From Burkholderiaceae bacterium (GTDB taxonomy: Bacteria > Pseudomonadota > Gammaproteobacteria > Burkholderiales > Burkholderiaceae_C): a DNA stretch of 32,000 nt. Positions 1 to 10,002 of this stretch are shown here, one piece after another (position 1 is the first letter of the stretch; every line of letters starts with the position of its first letter). The notes under the pieces were generated by a model. That model was not told the origin of the DNA, searched no databases, and worked only from the letters and a program-made list of their open reading frames with translations. A program made the position numbers and the translations under genes. The stretch covers positions 1,073,884-1,105,883 of the forward strand of contig OZ248423.1 in the NCBI GenBank assembly GCA_965234585.1, in the 5' to 3' direction.

Positions 1-31
1 CGGGTCTCGGCACGCCTTTGACCTCACTGGG

Positions 32-1051
32 ATGATGCCTGTGAAACGTGTGCTGATGGGCTTGCTGACCCTGAGCTTGCTGGCGGTGTTGGTGATGGCC
101 GGCAGCGTGTGGCTGTGGCTGGACCGCCCCTTGGGCATGCCCGCGACGGTGACGGCCCAACAACCCTTGGACGTGGCCATTGCCCCCGGCACATCGGCCC
201 GCGCCTTGTCCAAACAACTCACCCGTGCTGGCATCGACGCGCCCGGCTGGGCTTTGTTTGCTTATTTCCGACTCTCGGGCGAATCGCGCCGCATCCAAGC
301 CGGCAGCTACGAATTCACGCCGGGCCTGACCCCCAAGACCTTGCTCGACAAATTGGTTCGGGGCGACCAGGCGTTTCGCCAAATCACCCTGATCGAAGGC
401 TGGAACTACCGCCAGGTGTTCCAAGCCATCGAATCGGCGCGCGACGTGCAGCAAGACACGGCCGCCATGGACGTGTCTGAGGTCATGGCCCTGATCGGCA
501 AAACGGGTGTGCACCCTGAGGGGCAGTTTTTCCCCGACACCTACCGATTCCCCAAAAACGCCAAAGCCTCCAGCATTTTGCGCTCGGCCAGCGTGGCCTT
601 GGACCGAAAACTCGCCCAGGCTTGGGCCGAGCGTGACGACGGTTTGCCTTTGAAGTCGCCCCGAGAAGCCTTGATTCTGGCCAGCATCATCGAAAAAGAA
701 ACCGGTGCACCGCAAGACCGTGCGGACATCGGCGGCGTGTTTATCAACCGCATGCGCATCGGCATGCGTTTGCAAACCGACCCCACGGTGATCTATGGCC
801 TGGGCGAGCGCTTCGACGGCAATTTGCGCAAGGTCGACTTGCAAACCGACACGGTCTACAACACCTACACCCGGGCCGGTTTACCCCCGACGCCGATCGC
901 CATGCCCAGTTACGCTTCGATGCTGGCGGCGGTCCAGCCATCGGACACCAAAGCCTTTTATTTCGTGGCCCGCGGTGATGGCACCAGCCAGTTCAGCGTG
1001 ACCTTGGCCGAGCACAACGCGGCCGTGCGCCGCTACATTTTGGGTCGTTGA
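32..1051 (+). CDS. mltG: Endolytic murein transglycosylase MltG (YceG family)
   Basis: 339-aa ORF. N-terminal TM helix ([20 protein letters not shown]) followed by a YceG-like body ([30 protein letters not shown]). Conserved mltG-tmk-holB-ycfH gene order. Confidence 0.85.
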   Translation: MMPVKRVLMGLLTLSLLAVLVMAGSVWLWLDRPLGMPATVTAQQPLDVAIAPGTSARALSKQLTRAGIDAPGWALFAYFRLSGESRRIQAGSYEFTPGLTPKTLLDKLVRGDQAFRQITLIEGWNYRQVFQAIESARDVQQDTAAMDVSEVMALIGKTGVHPEGQFFPDTYRFPKNAKASSILRSASVALDRKLAQAWAERDDGLPLKSPREALILASIIEKETGAPQDRADIGGVFINRMRIGMRLQTDPTVIYGLGERFDGNLRKVDLQTDTVYNTYTRAGLPPTPIAMPSYASMLAAVQPSDTKAFYFVARGDGTSQFSVTLAEHNAAVRRYILGR

Positions 1052-1055
1052 CACC

Positions 1056-1694
1056 ATGACGGGTTTGTTCATTTCTTTTGAGGGCATCGATGGGGCGGGC
1101 AAGTCCACCCACATCAGCGCTTTGGTTCAGGCCTTTGAAGCCCAAGGCCGGCGCGTGACGCTCACGCGCGAGCCCGGAGGCACAACCTTGGCCGAAAAGC
1201 TGCGCACCCTGGTGCTCAACGACGCCATGGACCCGCTGTGCGAAGCCCTGTTGATGTTCGCCGCGCGCCGCGACCATTTGCAGCAAGTCATCGAACCGGC
1301 CTTGGTGCGGGGCGACGTGGTGCTTTGCGACCGCTTCACCGACGCCACCTTCGCTTACCAAGGCCATGGCCGAGGGTTTGATTTGGCGGTGCTCAGTACC
1401 CTGGAGCGGTGGGTGCAAGACACGGGGCAGGGCATCCGCCAGCCCGACCTGACTTTGTGGTTCGACCTGCCGCCGGCCGTGGCCGCCGCCCGATTGGCCA
1501 ACGCCCGCACGCCGGACCGCTTCGAGTCCGAGTCACAAGCCTTTTTTGAACGCGTCGCCGGCGGTTACGCGGCACGCATGAAAGCCGACCCCCAGCGTTT
1601 TGCCCGCATCCCCGCCGACCAAGCCCCTGAGCAGGTGGGCCAAGCGGTGCGTGCCGCGCTGGTGGATCGCTCGTGGTTGTCGCCCAGCCCATGA
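1056..1694 (+). CDS. tmk: Thymidylate kinase
   Basis: 212 aa. P-loop [18 protein letters not shown] and DRF motifs typical of Tmk. Its stop overlaps the next gene's start (ATGA at 1691-1694). Confidence 0.95.
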   Translation: MTGLFISFEGIDGAGKSTHISALVQAFEAQGRRVTLTREPGGTTLAEKLRTLVLNDAMDPLCEALLMFAARRDHLQQVIEPALVRGDVVLCDRFTDATFAYQGHGRGFDLAVLSTLERWVQDTGQGIRQPDLTLWFDLPPAVAAARLANARTPDRFESESQAFFERVAGGYAARMKADPQRFARIPADQAPEQVGQAVRAALVDRSWLSPSP

Positions 1695-2701
1695 GCGCCA
1701 CCGCCTTGGCCCCTTGGCTGAAACGCCAGCTCAACGATCTGCGCCAACAACGCGGCCACGCTTTGCTCTTGGCTGGCCCCTCGGGTTTGGGCCAATACGA
1801 ATTGGCCTTGGCCTTGGCGCGCAGCTGGCTGTGCGAAACGCCAACCGAACAGGGCGCCTGTGGCCAATGCGGCAGCTGCCACGCAGTGGATGTTCACACC
1901 CACCCAGACCTGTGCATGCTCATGCCCGAGACGCTGAGCTTGGAACTGGGCTGGCCTTTGGACGAAGTGACGCAAAAAAAGATCGACGAAAAAGACCGCA
2001 AAGCCAGCAAGCTCATCAAGGTCGAGGCTGCTCGGCAAGCCGTCATCTTCACCCAGTTCACACGTTCGCGCGGCAACACCAAGGTGGTTTTGGTGTACCC
2101 CGCCGAGCGCATGAACATGGAGTCGGCCAATACCCTGCTCAAGACCTTGGAAGAACCGGTGGGCTCGGTGCGTTTTGTCTTGGCCACCGAGGCTGCACAC
2201 CAGTTGCTGCCCACGGTGCGCAGCCGCTGCCTGACGCACCAACTGCAGTGGCCCAGCGAAGATGAAGCCTTGCCGTGGCTCATGTCACAAGCCAATACCC
2301 CCATGAACGCCGAGCAAGCCCGCGTGGTTTGGCGTGCAGCGGGTGGTCGCCCAGACGACGCCTTGCGCTGGGCATCCATGGGTTTGAGCGCCCAAACCTG
2401 GAGCCAGTTGCCCAAAGCCTTGGCGCAAGGTCAAGTCGAGGCCATGGCCGATTGGGAGCCCGCCTTGCAGTTGGAGGTGATGCAAAAAGTCTGTCACGAC
2501 CTGATGGCTGTGGCCAGTGGCGCCGCACCGCGCTTCTTTGAAGCCGAACATTTGCCCGCCAAGGCACACCTGTTTCGCTTGCAGCGCTGGAGCCAAGACC
2601 TGATGCACGCCGCACGCAGCGTGGAGCACCCCGTCAACGCCGGTTTGCGTTGGGAAGCTTGGGTGTCTCAAGCGCAACAAGCGCTCAGTGCACGCCGTTG
2701 A
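1691..2701 (+). CDS. holB: DNA polymerase III delta-prime subunit
   Basis: ORF 1673-2701. I prefer the ATG at 1691 because it forms an ATGA overlap with the tmk stop. Clamp-loader features: [11 protein letters not shown], Cys cluster [10 protein letters not shown], and SRC motif (TVRSRC). Confidence 0.8.
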   Translation: MSATALAPWLKRQLNDLRQQRGHALLLAGPSGLGQYELALALARSWLCETPTEQGACGQCGSCHAVDVHTHPDLCMLMPETLSLELGWPLDEVTQKKIDEKDRKASKLIKVEAARQAVIFTQFTRSRGNTKVVLVYPAERMNMESANTLLKTLEEPVGSVRFVLATEAAHQLLPTVRSRCLTHQLQWPSEDEALPWLMSQANTPMNAEQARVVWRAAGGRPDDALRWASMGLSAQTWSQLPKALAQGQVEAMADWEPALQLEVMQKVCHDLMAVASGAAPRFFEAEHLPAKAHLFRLQRWSQDLMHAARSVEHPVNAGLRWEAWVSQAQQALSARR

Positions 2702-2712
2702 CAAGGACCGCC

Positions 2713-3519
2713 ATGTTCACCGATTCCCATTGCCATCTGAACTTTCCTGAGCTCCGAAGCCAACTGCCCCAAATCTTGGCCGACATGAAAGCGGCTCAAG
2801 TGGACCGGGCGCTGTGCATTTGCTGCACTTTGGACGAGTTTGAATCCGTCCACCAATTGGCGCTGAACCACCCCAATTTGTGGTCGACCGTGGGGGTGCA
2901 CCCCGATTACGAAGACACGCCCGAGCCCAGCGTGGACGACTTGGTTCGTCGCTCGGCTTTGCCCCGCGTGGTGGGCATTGGCGAGACCGGCTTGGACTAC
3001 TACCGACTCAACGGCCGCAGCGTGGCCGACATGGCGTGGCAGCGCGAGCGTTTTCGGGTGCACATCCAGGCAGGCCGTCAAACCGACTTGCCACTCATCA
3101 TTCATACCCGCAGCGCCTCGGACGATACCGTGGCCATGCTCAAAGAAGAGGGTGGCTGCGCCTCCTCAGGTGGCGCAGCGGTGTCCAAAGGGGTGTTTCA
3201 CTGTTTCACCGAAACCCAGGCTGTGGCGCGCGCGGCGCTCGATTTGGGCTTCTACATTTCGCTCTCCGGAATCGTGACCTTCAAAAACGCCACCGAATTG
3301 CGCGACGTCGCTCGGTTGGTTCCCATGGACCGCTTGCTCATCGAGACCGACAGCCCTTACTTGGCTCCCGCACCGCACCGCGGAAAGACCAATACCCCCG
3401 CGTTCGTGCCCTTGGTGGCGCAGCAAATCGCCGAGGTCAAAGGGGTCTCGGTTGAGGCCATCGCGCACGCCACCAGCGAAAATTTCGACCGCCTGTTTGA
3501 TCGTGTACGGCCAACTTAA
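2713..3519 (+). CDS. ycfH: TatD-family metal-dependent hydrolase/DNase
   Basis: ORF 2650-3519. The ATG at 2713 gives the canonical N-terminus MFTDSHCHLNF. GETGLDY, IHTR and ETDSPYLAP motifs present. Position after holB matches E. coli ycfH. Confidence 0.9.
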   Translation: MFTDSHCHLNFPELRSQLPQILADMKAAQVDRALCICCTLDEFESVHQLALNHPNLWSTVGVHPDYEDTPEPSVDDLVRRSALPRVVGIGETGLDYYRLNGRSVADMAWQRERFRVHIQAGRQTDLPLIIHTRSASDDTVAMLKEEGGCASSGGAAVSKGVFHCFTETQAVARAALDLGFYISLSGIVTFKNATELRDVARLVPMDRLLIETDSPYLAPAPHRGKTNTPAFVPLVAQQIAEVKGVSVEAIAHATSENFDRLFDRVRPT

Positions 3520-3708
3520 TTCAATAAATCACTTTAATAAAACAAAAAAGCTTTATGATTTATAACGGTTATTTAATTAATTGAGTGGTGGTTATTCGGG
3601 TGGGCCGTGTCCCTGTGAGCGTGCTTACCCCTAGTCAGCGCTACGTGCAATTACTTAAATTTTGTGGCGGCTTTTGCAGGTTAAATCAAAGCATCTTTCG
3701 GAGGATGC

Positions 3709-4158
3709 ATGCGACACCGCGACACACAAGATTTGGTGGGCGGCCTGGCCTTGACGGCATTGGGTCTGTTCGCGGCTTATTACGCCAACGAGCACTATGA
3801 GATCGGCAATTTGCGCCGCATGGGCCCTGGATTTTTCCCGGTTTCTTTGGGTTTGACCTTGGCGGTGCTGGGCATTTTGGTGGCTCTGCCAGCTTGGTTT
3901 CGCCAGGGACCGGCCATTCAACCCGCTTGGAAGACCTTGGGTTTGGTCACGCTGAGCTTGTTGGTGTTTTCCTTCACTTTGAAATCCCTGGGTTTGATGG
4001 CCGCGACCGCACTGGCGGTTATGTTGTCATCCTTGGCTGACCGCAGCATCACATGGAAGACCCGCGGTTTGCTGTGTGCTGGCGTGGCCGCCGTCACTTA
4101 CCTGATTTTCATCGTGGGCCTGGGCATGCACTTGCCGGTTTGGCCTTGGAGCCCATAA
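3709..4158 (+). CDS. tctB: Tripartite tricarboxylate transporter small membrane subunit TctB
   Basis: 149-aa, 4-TM hydrophobic protein immediately abutting tctA (stop 4156-4158, next ATG at 4159). GGAGG precedes the ATG. Confidence 0.75.
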   Translation: MRHRDTQDLVGGLALTALGLFAAYYANEHYEIGNLRRMGPGFFPVSLGLTLAVLGILVALPAWFRQGPAIQPAWKTLGLVTLSLLVFSFTLKSLGLMAATALAVMLSSLADRSITWKTRGLLCAGVAAVTYLIFIVGLGMHLPVWPWSP

Positions 4159-5676
4159 ATGGACATTCTCAACGGTTTGCTGCTCGGCTTAGAGACAGCG
4201 CTGCAACCCACCACGCTGCTGTATTGCTTCATCGGTGTGTTTTTGGGCACACTTATTGGCGTCTTGCCCGGCATCGGCGCTCTGGCGGCCATTTCGCTGC
4301 TTTTGCCCATCACTTACCACATCCCCCCGACCGCCGCGATCGTGATGCTCGCCGGTGTGTACTACGGCGCGCAATACGGTGGATCTACCGCTTCGATTTT
4401 GCTGAACTTGCCGGGGACACCTTCGTCGGCTGTCGCATGTTTGGACGGTTACCCCATGGCCAAACAGGGCAGGGCCGGCGTAGCCTTGTTCATGACGACG
4501 ATTGCCTCCTTCGTGGGTTCCATGCTGGGCATTTTGGCTTTGGTTTTGTTTTCGCCATCCATCGCCGAGATCGGTTTGGAGTTCGGTGCGGCAGAGTATT
4601 TCGCCATGATGTTGGTGGGGCTGATCGCAGCGTCCACCTTGGCCACCGGTTCTCCAGCCAAGGGTTTAGCCATGGTTGTGTTGGGTTTGCTGATTGGCAC
4701 CATCGGTACCGACATCAATTCGGGTGTTTCTCGGTTCAACTTCGATATCCCCTCACTGATGGACGGCATCAACCTAGTGGCACTGGCCATGGGCGTTTTC
4801 GGTGTTTCAGAAGTGATGTCCAGCATCAATCTTTCTCGCGAAAACGAGGTCAAAGAAAAGATCACCATGCGCACCATGATGCCCACGCGAAAAGATGTGC
4901 ACGAGTCCATCCTGCCCATGTTGCGCGGCACCGGTATCGGGAGTTTCTTTGGGGCTTTACCGGGCACGGGGGCTTCGATTGCCGCCTTCATGGCTTACGC
5001 CGTTGAAAAAAAGGTTGCCACCGATCCAAGCAGATTCGGCAAAGGGGCGATCGAAGGTATCACCGCCCCAGAGGCTGCCAACAACGCCGCGTCTCAAACC
5101 GCGTTTGTGCCCACCTTGTCTCTGGGCATTCCTGGTGATGCGGTGATGGCCTTGATGTTGGGCGCTTTGATCATTCACGGCATCCAGCCCGGCCCCTTGC
5201 TCATGACCCAGCAGCCCGAGTTGTTCTGGGGCCTGATCGTGAGTTTTGGCATCGGTAACATCATGCTCATGGTGCTGAACTTGCCCATGATTGGCCTGTG
5301 GGTGGCCCTGTTGCGCATCCCCTACAGTGTGCTGTATCCGGCCATTCTGGTGTTCATCAGCCTAGGGGTTTACAGCGTTAACAACAACACCTTTGACATC
5401 CTGATCGTGGCTGTCATCGGCGTACTTGGCTATGCCATGGCTTTGCTCAAGTTTGATGCGGCGCCTTTGTTGCTGGGTTTTGTTTTGGGTCCTTTGATGG
5501 AAGAAAACCTGCGCCGCGCCTTGCTGTTGTCGCGTGGTGATTTGGGCACGTTTTTCGACCGGCCCATCAGCGCGGGCATCTTGGCTTTTGGTGGCGCCTT
5601 GGTGGCTTGGACCTTGTTGAGCGCATTGCGGCGTCAACTCAAAGGACAGCCGGCGGCCCAGGACTTTTCGGATTGA
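4159..5676 (+). CDS. tctA: Tripartite tricarboxylate transporter large permease TctA
   Basis: 505-aa polytopic membrane protein with a TctA-like N-terminus (MDILNGLLLGLETAL) and a GxxPGxG repeat (GVLPGIGA, GALPGTGA). Confidence 0.9.
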   Translation: MDILNGLLLGLETALQPTTLLYCFIGVFLGTLIGVLPGIGALAAISLLLPITYHIPPTAAIVMLAGVYYGAQYGGSTASILLNLPGTPSSAVACLDGYPMAKQGRAGVALFMTTIASFVGSMLGILALVLFSPSIAEIGLEFGAAEYFAMMLVGLIAASTLATGSPAKGLAMVVLGLLIGTIGTDINSGVSRFNFDIPSLMDGINLVALAMGVFGVSEVMSSINLSRENEVKEKITMRTMMPTRKDVHESILPMLRGTGIGSFFGALPGTGASIAAFMAYAVEKKVATDPSRFGKGAIEGITAPEAANNAASQTAFVPTLSLGIPGDAVMALMLGALIIHGIQPGPLLMTQQPELFWGLIVSFGIGNIMLMVLNLPMIGLWVALLRIPYSVLYPAILVFISLGVYSVNNNTFDILIVAVIGVLGYAMALLKFDAAPLLLGFVLGPLMEENLRRALLLSRGDLGTFFDRPISAGILAFGGALVAWTLLSALRRQLKGQPAAQDFSD

Positions 5677-5802
5677 TCCGTCTTTAAGCTTCTACGATGT
5701 ATATTATGTTAACAATGATGCAGGGCTCTCTGGTATCGTTTTGACGGCCTTTGCGGGACAACGTTCCGCAGACCTTTGTTTTCAACCAACCCCTCATCAG
5801 TC

Positions 5803-6612
5803 ATGAACACCATCAAACTCACCATGGCCATCGTGGCCACCGCCGCCTTGGTCGCCTGTGGTAAAACCGAAGCGCCTGTTGCCGCACCTGCTGCACCTGT
5901 GGCATTGCCTGAACTCAAGGTCGCCATTGACCCCACGTACGAGCCTTTCACTTTCAAAACCGCCGATGGCAAACCCACCGGTTTTGACGTGGACATCGCT
6001 GAAGCCTTGTGCGCCGAAATCAAGCGTCAGTGCGTTTACGTTGAACAGGTTTGGGACAGCATGATCCCCGGCTTGCAAGCCAAGAAGTACGACGTGATCA
6101 TCAGCTCCATGTCGATCACAGACGAGCGCAAAAAAGTCGTTGATTTCACCGACAAGTACTACAACACACCCAGCCGCATCGTCGTCAAGGCCGACACGGC
6201 ATTCACCGACTTGGCTTCGCTCAAAGGCAAAAAAATTGGCGTGCTCAAAGGCAGCACCCAAGAGAAATACGCCATGGGTGAGCTCAAAGGTGTTGGCGTG
6301 AAGGTTGTGCCTTACGAAGCTCAAGACCAAGTCTATTTGGACATCAAATCGGGCCGTTTGGATGGCACCGTGGCCGACTCGGTGGAAGTCAACGGTGGCT
6401 TCTTGAGCAAGCCCGAAGGCGCTGGCTACGGTTTCGTGGGCCCCGTCTTGGCCGACACCAAGTACTTTGGTTATGGCGCTGGTGTGGCCTTGCGCCAAGG
6501 CGAGACTCAGCTCAAGGACGAGCTCAACGCCGCCATCAAAGCCATCCGCACCAACGGCACCTACGACACCATCAGCAAGAAGTACTTCAGCTTCGACGTC
6601 TACGGCGAATAA
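5803..6612 (+). CDS. aotJ: Periplasmic basic amino-acid (Lys/Arg/Orn-type) ABC substrate-binding protein, lipoprotein
   Basis: ORF 5776-6612 starts at a TTG. The ATG at 5803 gives a signal peptide with lipobox LVACG. Family-3 SBP motifs are present (GFDVDIA, SSMSITDERK). First gene of a J-Q-M-O-P operon. Confidence 0.85.
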   Translation: MNTIKLTMAIVATAALVACGKTEAPVAAPAAPVALPELKVAIDPTYEPFTFKTADGKPTGFDVDIAEALCAEIKRQCVYVEQVWDSMIPGLQAKKYDVIISSMSITDERKKVVDFTDKYYNTPSRIVVKADTAFTDLASLKGKKIGVLKGSTQEKYAMGELKGVGVKVVPYEAQDQVYLDIKSGRLDGTVADSVEVNGGFLSKPEGAGYGFVGPVLADTKYFGYGAGVALRQGETQLKDELNAAIKAIRTNGTYDTISKKYFSFDVYGE

Positions 6613-6624
6613 GCTGATCCCCAC

Positions 6625-7311
6625 GTGAGCGGTTATTACCTCTCCATTCTCCAAGGCGCCCTCCTCACGGTGGGCGTCTCATTGGCCGCCCTTGGGGTGG
6701 CCATTTTGTTGGGGCTTATGGGTGCTGCAGCCAAGTTGTCCGGGCGTCCGGTGCTGGTGGCTGTGGCCACGGTCTACACGACGGTGATCCGTGGTGTGCC
6801 CGAATTGGTTTTGATGCTCTTGATTTTCTACGGTGGCACCATCGGCATGAACCACTTGATGGAGAGTTTGGGCAGCCGTGAGACGGTGGACATCAACCCG
6901 TTTTTGGCGGGTGTCATCACCATTGGATTTATTTACGGCGCCTACATGACCGAAACTTTTCGGGGTGCCATTTTGTCGATTCCCAAAGGTCAAATGGAGG
7001 CCGCTTGGGCTTTTGGCATGGGGCGTTTGCGCACCTTTTGGCGCATCACCTTGCCGCAGATGGTGCGCTATGCCTTGCCCGGCTTCACCAACAATTGGTT
7101 GGTCTTGATCAAAGCCACCGCCTTGGTCAGCCTGATTGGTTTGCAAGACATGACCTACTTGGCCAAACAAGCCAGCGCCGCATCGCGCGAGCCGTTCACT
7201 TTTTTTGTGTTCGTCGCCGTTTTGTTTTTGCTCTACACCTCCGCCTCCCTGTGGGTCTTGCGTCGTGTTGAGCGTCGGTACAGCTTGGGCGTCACGCGCG
7301 CCGAAGCTTGA
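6625..7311 (+). CDS. aotQ: Basic amino-acid ABC transporter permease (HisQ/AotQ type)
   Basis: 228-aa membrane protein, GTG start. EAA-loop-like segment (EAAWAFGMGRLRTFWRITLPQ). Confidence 0.85.
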   Translation: MSGYYLSILQGALLTVGVSLAALGVAILLGLMGAAAKLSGRPVLVAVATVYTTVIRGVPELVLMLLIFYGGTIGMNHLMESLGSRETVDINPFLAGVITIGFIYGAYMTETFRGAILSIPKGQMEAAWAFGMGRLRTFWRITLPQMVRYALPGFTNNWLVLIKATALVSLIGLQDMTYLAKQASAASREPFTFFVFVAVLFLLYTSASLWVLRRVERRYSLGVTRAEA

Positions 7312-7323
7312 AGGTGTGTTGAC

Positions 7324-8037
7324 ATGAATTGGTCGGTCATTGCCCAGCCTGAAACACTGCAGCTGTATGGCGAGGGCTTGATCACCACCCTGTGGCTGCT
7401 CTTGTCATCCTTGGCCATCGGTGCGGTGCTGTCCTTGGTGTTTGCCTTGGCCCTGGTCAGCAAGATCGCGCTGCTGCGTGGGGTGGTCGGGGCTTACACC
7501 TATGTGATCCGTGGCACTCCCTTGCTGATCCAGCTCTACCTCATTTATTACGGCTTGGCCCAACTCGAATGGATCCAAGCACGTTGGGACGACGTCTGGC
7601 CTTGGACGTATTTCAAAGACGCTTTCTTCTGTGCCTTGTTGGCGTTCAGCTTGAACACCGCTGGGTACACCGCCGAAATGTTGGCCGGTGCTATGCGCGA
7701 AACGGCACCAGGCGAAATCGAGGCCGCTCAAGCCATGGGCATGAGCCGTTGGCAGGTCTTGCGTCGCATTGTGTTGCCCAGTGCCCTGCGCCGGACCTTG
7801 CCCGGTTACAGCAACGAAGTCGTGATGATGCTGCACAGCACCAGCTTGGCCAGCACCGTGCCCGCCATGCTCGATGTGACCGCAGCGGCCAGTCGCATCT
7901 ATTCCGACTACTACCTGCCTTTCGAAGCCTATTTGTTCGCCGCAGGCATTTACCTTTGCATCACCTTCGCACTCATCGGCATGTTTCGAAGCGCTGAACG
8001 CCGCTTTTTGGCACACTTGGCTCCACGTACCCATTGA
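7324..8037 (+). CDS. aotM: Basic amino-acid ABC transporter permease (HisM/AotM type)
   Basis: 237-aa membrane protein. EAA loop EAAQAMGMSRWQVLRRIVLPSA. Confidence 0.85.
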   Translation: MNWSVIAQPETLQLYGEGLITTLWLLLSSLAIGAVLSLVFALALVSKIALLRGVVGAYTYVIRGTPLLIQLYLIYYGLAQLEWIQARWDDVWPWTYFKDAFFCALLAFSLNTAGYTAEMLAGAMRETAPGEIEAAQAMGMSRWQVLRRIVLPSALRRTLPGYSNEVVMMLHSTSLASTVPAMLDVTAAASRIYSDYYLPFEAYLFAAGIYLCITFALIGMFRSAERRFLAHLAPRTH

Positions 8038-9189
8038 ATGGCCCGCATGATCCGCACCGAACACGCTTTGCTCAGCCCGAGTTTGGGCCACCAAAAACAC
8101 CTGGTCAGCTTCACCTACGGTGACCCGAAAGCACGCCCCAAGGTCTACATCCAAGGCAGTTTGCACGCCGAAGAGTTGCCCGGCATGCTGGTTTCGCACC
8201 ACCTGCGCAGCGCTTTGGACGCGGCCGAGCGCGAAGGCCGCTTGAGCGGGTGCGTGGTGCTGGTGCCGGCGGCCAACCCCATTGGTTTGGCTCAGCGCCT
8301 GGACCACAAAGCCATGGGGCGTTTTGAGTTGGACACCGGTGAGAACTTCAACCGCCACTACCCCGATTTGGCGCAAGCGGTGTTAGAACAAGCCCGCACT
8401 GGCCTGGGGCAAGACGGAGAAGCCAACGTCTCGCTGGTGCGCCAATGGGTGGGGCAATGGCTTTACCAATGGACGCCGCAGACCGAGTTGGAGAGCCAGC
8501 GCCGCTGCCTCTTGCAGCTCTCGCACGACGCCGACGTGGTGATCGACCTGCACTGCGACTGGGAAGCTGTCATGCACCTCTACAGCGAGGAAGCCTGCTG
8601 GTCGACCATCCAACCCTTGGCCGCGACCTTGGGCTGCCGCGCCGTTTTGTTGGCCAAAAATTCGGGCGGTGGCCCTTTTGACGAGCGCCTATCGGGTTTG
8701 TGGTGGCAGTTGCGCGAGCGACTGCTCGCCGTGGGCGTGGACCGACCCCTGCCGCAAGGCTGCGCCAGCACCACGGTTGAATTGCGAGGCGAGGCCGATG
8801 TGGAGCACGCCCATGCGCAGACCGATGCCCAGGCCGTCCTGCTTTACCTGCAGCACCTCGGTGCGATCCAAGCCCAAGGCGCTGTGCCAACTTTGCCGCC
8901 CATGGCGTGTGAGGCCACACCTTTGGCTGGCTCGCAAACCCTCCAAACCCCGGTGCCCGGCGTGTTGGTGTACTTGGTGCCCACCGGTGCAACACTCAAC
9001 GTCGGCGACGCGGTGGCCCATGTCATCGATCCGACCGCGCCCGATGCATCGCGCGTGCACGTGGTGCGCGCCGACGTCGCGGGACTTTTGTACGCCAGGG
9101 TGGGTCACCGCTACTTGGTGGCGGGTGCCGAAGTCGGCAAAATCGCGGGCGCCCACGCCTTTCGCACCGGCGACCTGCTCGGTGCCTGA
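8038..9189 (+). CDS. aotO: Succinylglutamate desuccinylase/aspartoacylase-family (M14-like) protein, AotO-like position
   Basis: 383 aa. Zinc-site-like QGSLHAEELPG near the N-terminus. Inserted between the second permease gene and the ATPase gene, exactly as aotO is in the P. aeruginosa aotJQMOP operon. Confidence 0.7.
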   Translation: MARMIRTEHALLSPSLGHQKHLVSFTYGDPKARPKVYIQGSLHAEELPGMLVSHHLRSALDAAEREGRLSGCVVLVPAANPIGLAQRLDHKAMGRFELDTGENFNRHYPDLAQAVLEQARTGLGQDGEANVSLVRQWVGQWLYQWTPQTELESQRRCLLQLSHDADVVIDLHCDWEAVMHLYSEEACWSTIQPLAATLGCRAVLLAKNSGGGPFDERLSGLWWQLRERLLAVGVDRPLPQGCASTTVELRGEADVEHAHAQTDAQAVLLYLQHLGAIQAQGAVPTLPPMACEATPLAGSQTLQTPVPGVLVYLVPTGATLNVGDAVAHVIDPTAPDASRVHVVRADVAGLLYARVGHRYLVAGAEVGKIAGAHAFRTGDLLGA

Positions 9190-9207
9190 ACCTTCGAAGC
9201 TGTCCCC

Positions 9208-9996
9208 ATGAACGCCCCCTCTTCTCCTCGCACGCCCCTGCTCCAGGTCGACAACATCCACAAGCGCTACGGCAGCAACGAGGTGCTCAAAGGCGTGTCC
9301 TTGCAGGCTTTTGCGGGCGATGTGATCAGCCTCATTGGCAGTTCGGGCTCGGGCAAAAGCACGCTGCTGCGTTGCATCAACTTGCTCGAAAAACCCAACC
9401 AAGGCCAGATCACCTTGAACGGCGAAAGCTTGTCCCTCAAGGCCGATCGTCACGGCGAGTTGAACGCGGTGCGGGCCGAGCAGCTGCAACGCCTACGTAC
9501 CCAGTTGGCCATGGTGTTCCAGCACTTCAACCTGTGGGCCCACATGACGGTGCTGGAGAACATCATCGAAGCACCGGTGCACGTCTTGGGGGTGCCCAAG
9601 GATCAAGCGGTCGAGACGGCGCGCCGTTATTTGGAGCGGGTGGGCTTGCGCGGTGTCGAGGAGCGTTACCCCGCGCACATGAGCGGCGGGCAACAACAGC
9701 GCGTGGCCATTGCCCGGGCCTTGGCCGTGGAGCCGGCCGTGATGCTGTTCGATGAGCCCACCAGTGCCTTGGACCCCGAGTTGGTCGGGGAAGTCTTGCG
9801 CGTCATGAAGCTCTTGGCCGAAGAAGGCCGCACCATGGTGGTGGTCACCCACGAAATGGGCTTTGCCCGAGAAGTCGCCTCGCACCTGATCTTTTTGCAC
9901 CAAGGTCAGATCGAGGAGCAAGGTGTGCCGGCCGAGGTGCTCTCGCACCCCAAGAGCGAGCGCTTGGCACAGTTCCTCAGCGGCAACCTGAAATAA
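9208..9996 (+). CDS. aotP: Basic amino-acid ABC transporter ATP-binding protein (HisP/AotP type)
   Basis: 262 aa. Walker [10 protein letters not shown], signature MSGGQQQR, Walker [12 protein letters not shown]. Confidence 0.95.
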   Translation: MNAPSSPRTPLLQVDNIHKRYGSNEVLKGVSLQAFAGDVISLIGSSGSGKSTLLRCINLLEKPNQGQITLNGESLSLKADRHGELNAVRAEQLQRLRTQLAMVFQHFNLWAHMTVLENIIEAPVHVLGVPKDQAVETARRYLERVGLRGVEERYPAHMSGGQQQRVAIARALAVEPAVMLFDEPTSALDPELVGEVLRVMKLLAEEGRTMVVVTHEMGFAREVASHLIFLHQGQIEEQGVPAEVLSHPKSERLAQFLSGNLK

Positions 9997-10002
9997 AGCC
10001 GC

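Noticed and set aside
4053-5006. 317-aa plus-strand ORF overlapping tctB and tctA in another frame
   Set aside because: Its Arg/His-rich, non-protein-like translation overlaps the well-supported TctA frame, so it is a GC-driven artefact.
5797-6654. 285-aa minus-strand ORF opposite the substrate-binding protein gene. The same type of long ORF occurs at 7405-8376(-), 8689-9489(-), 22696-23490(+), 23511-24833(+), 10788-11720(-), 10898-12010(+) and 11935-12990(+).
   Set aside because: All lie antisense to, or out of frame with, genes that have strong family signatures. Their translations are Arg/Gly/His/Ala-rich low-complexity strings typical of shadow ORFs in high-GC DNA.
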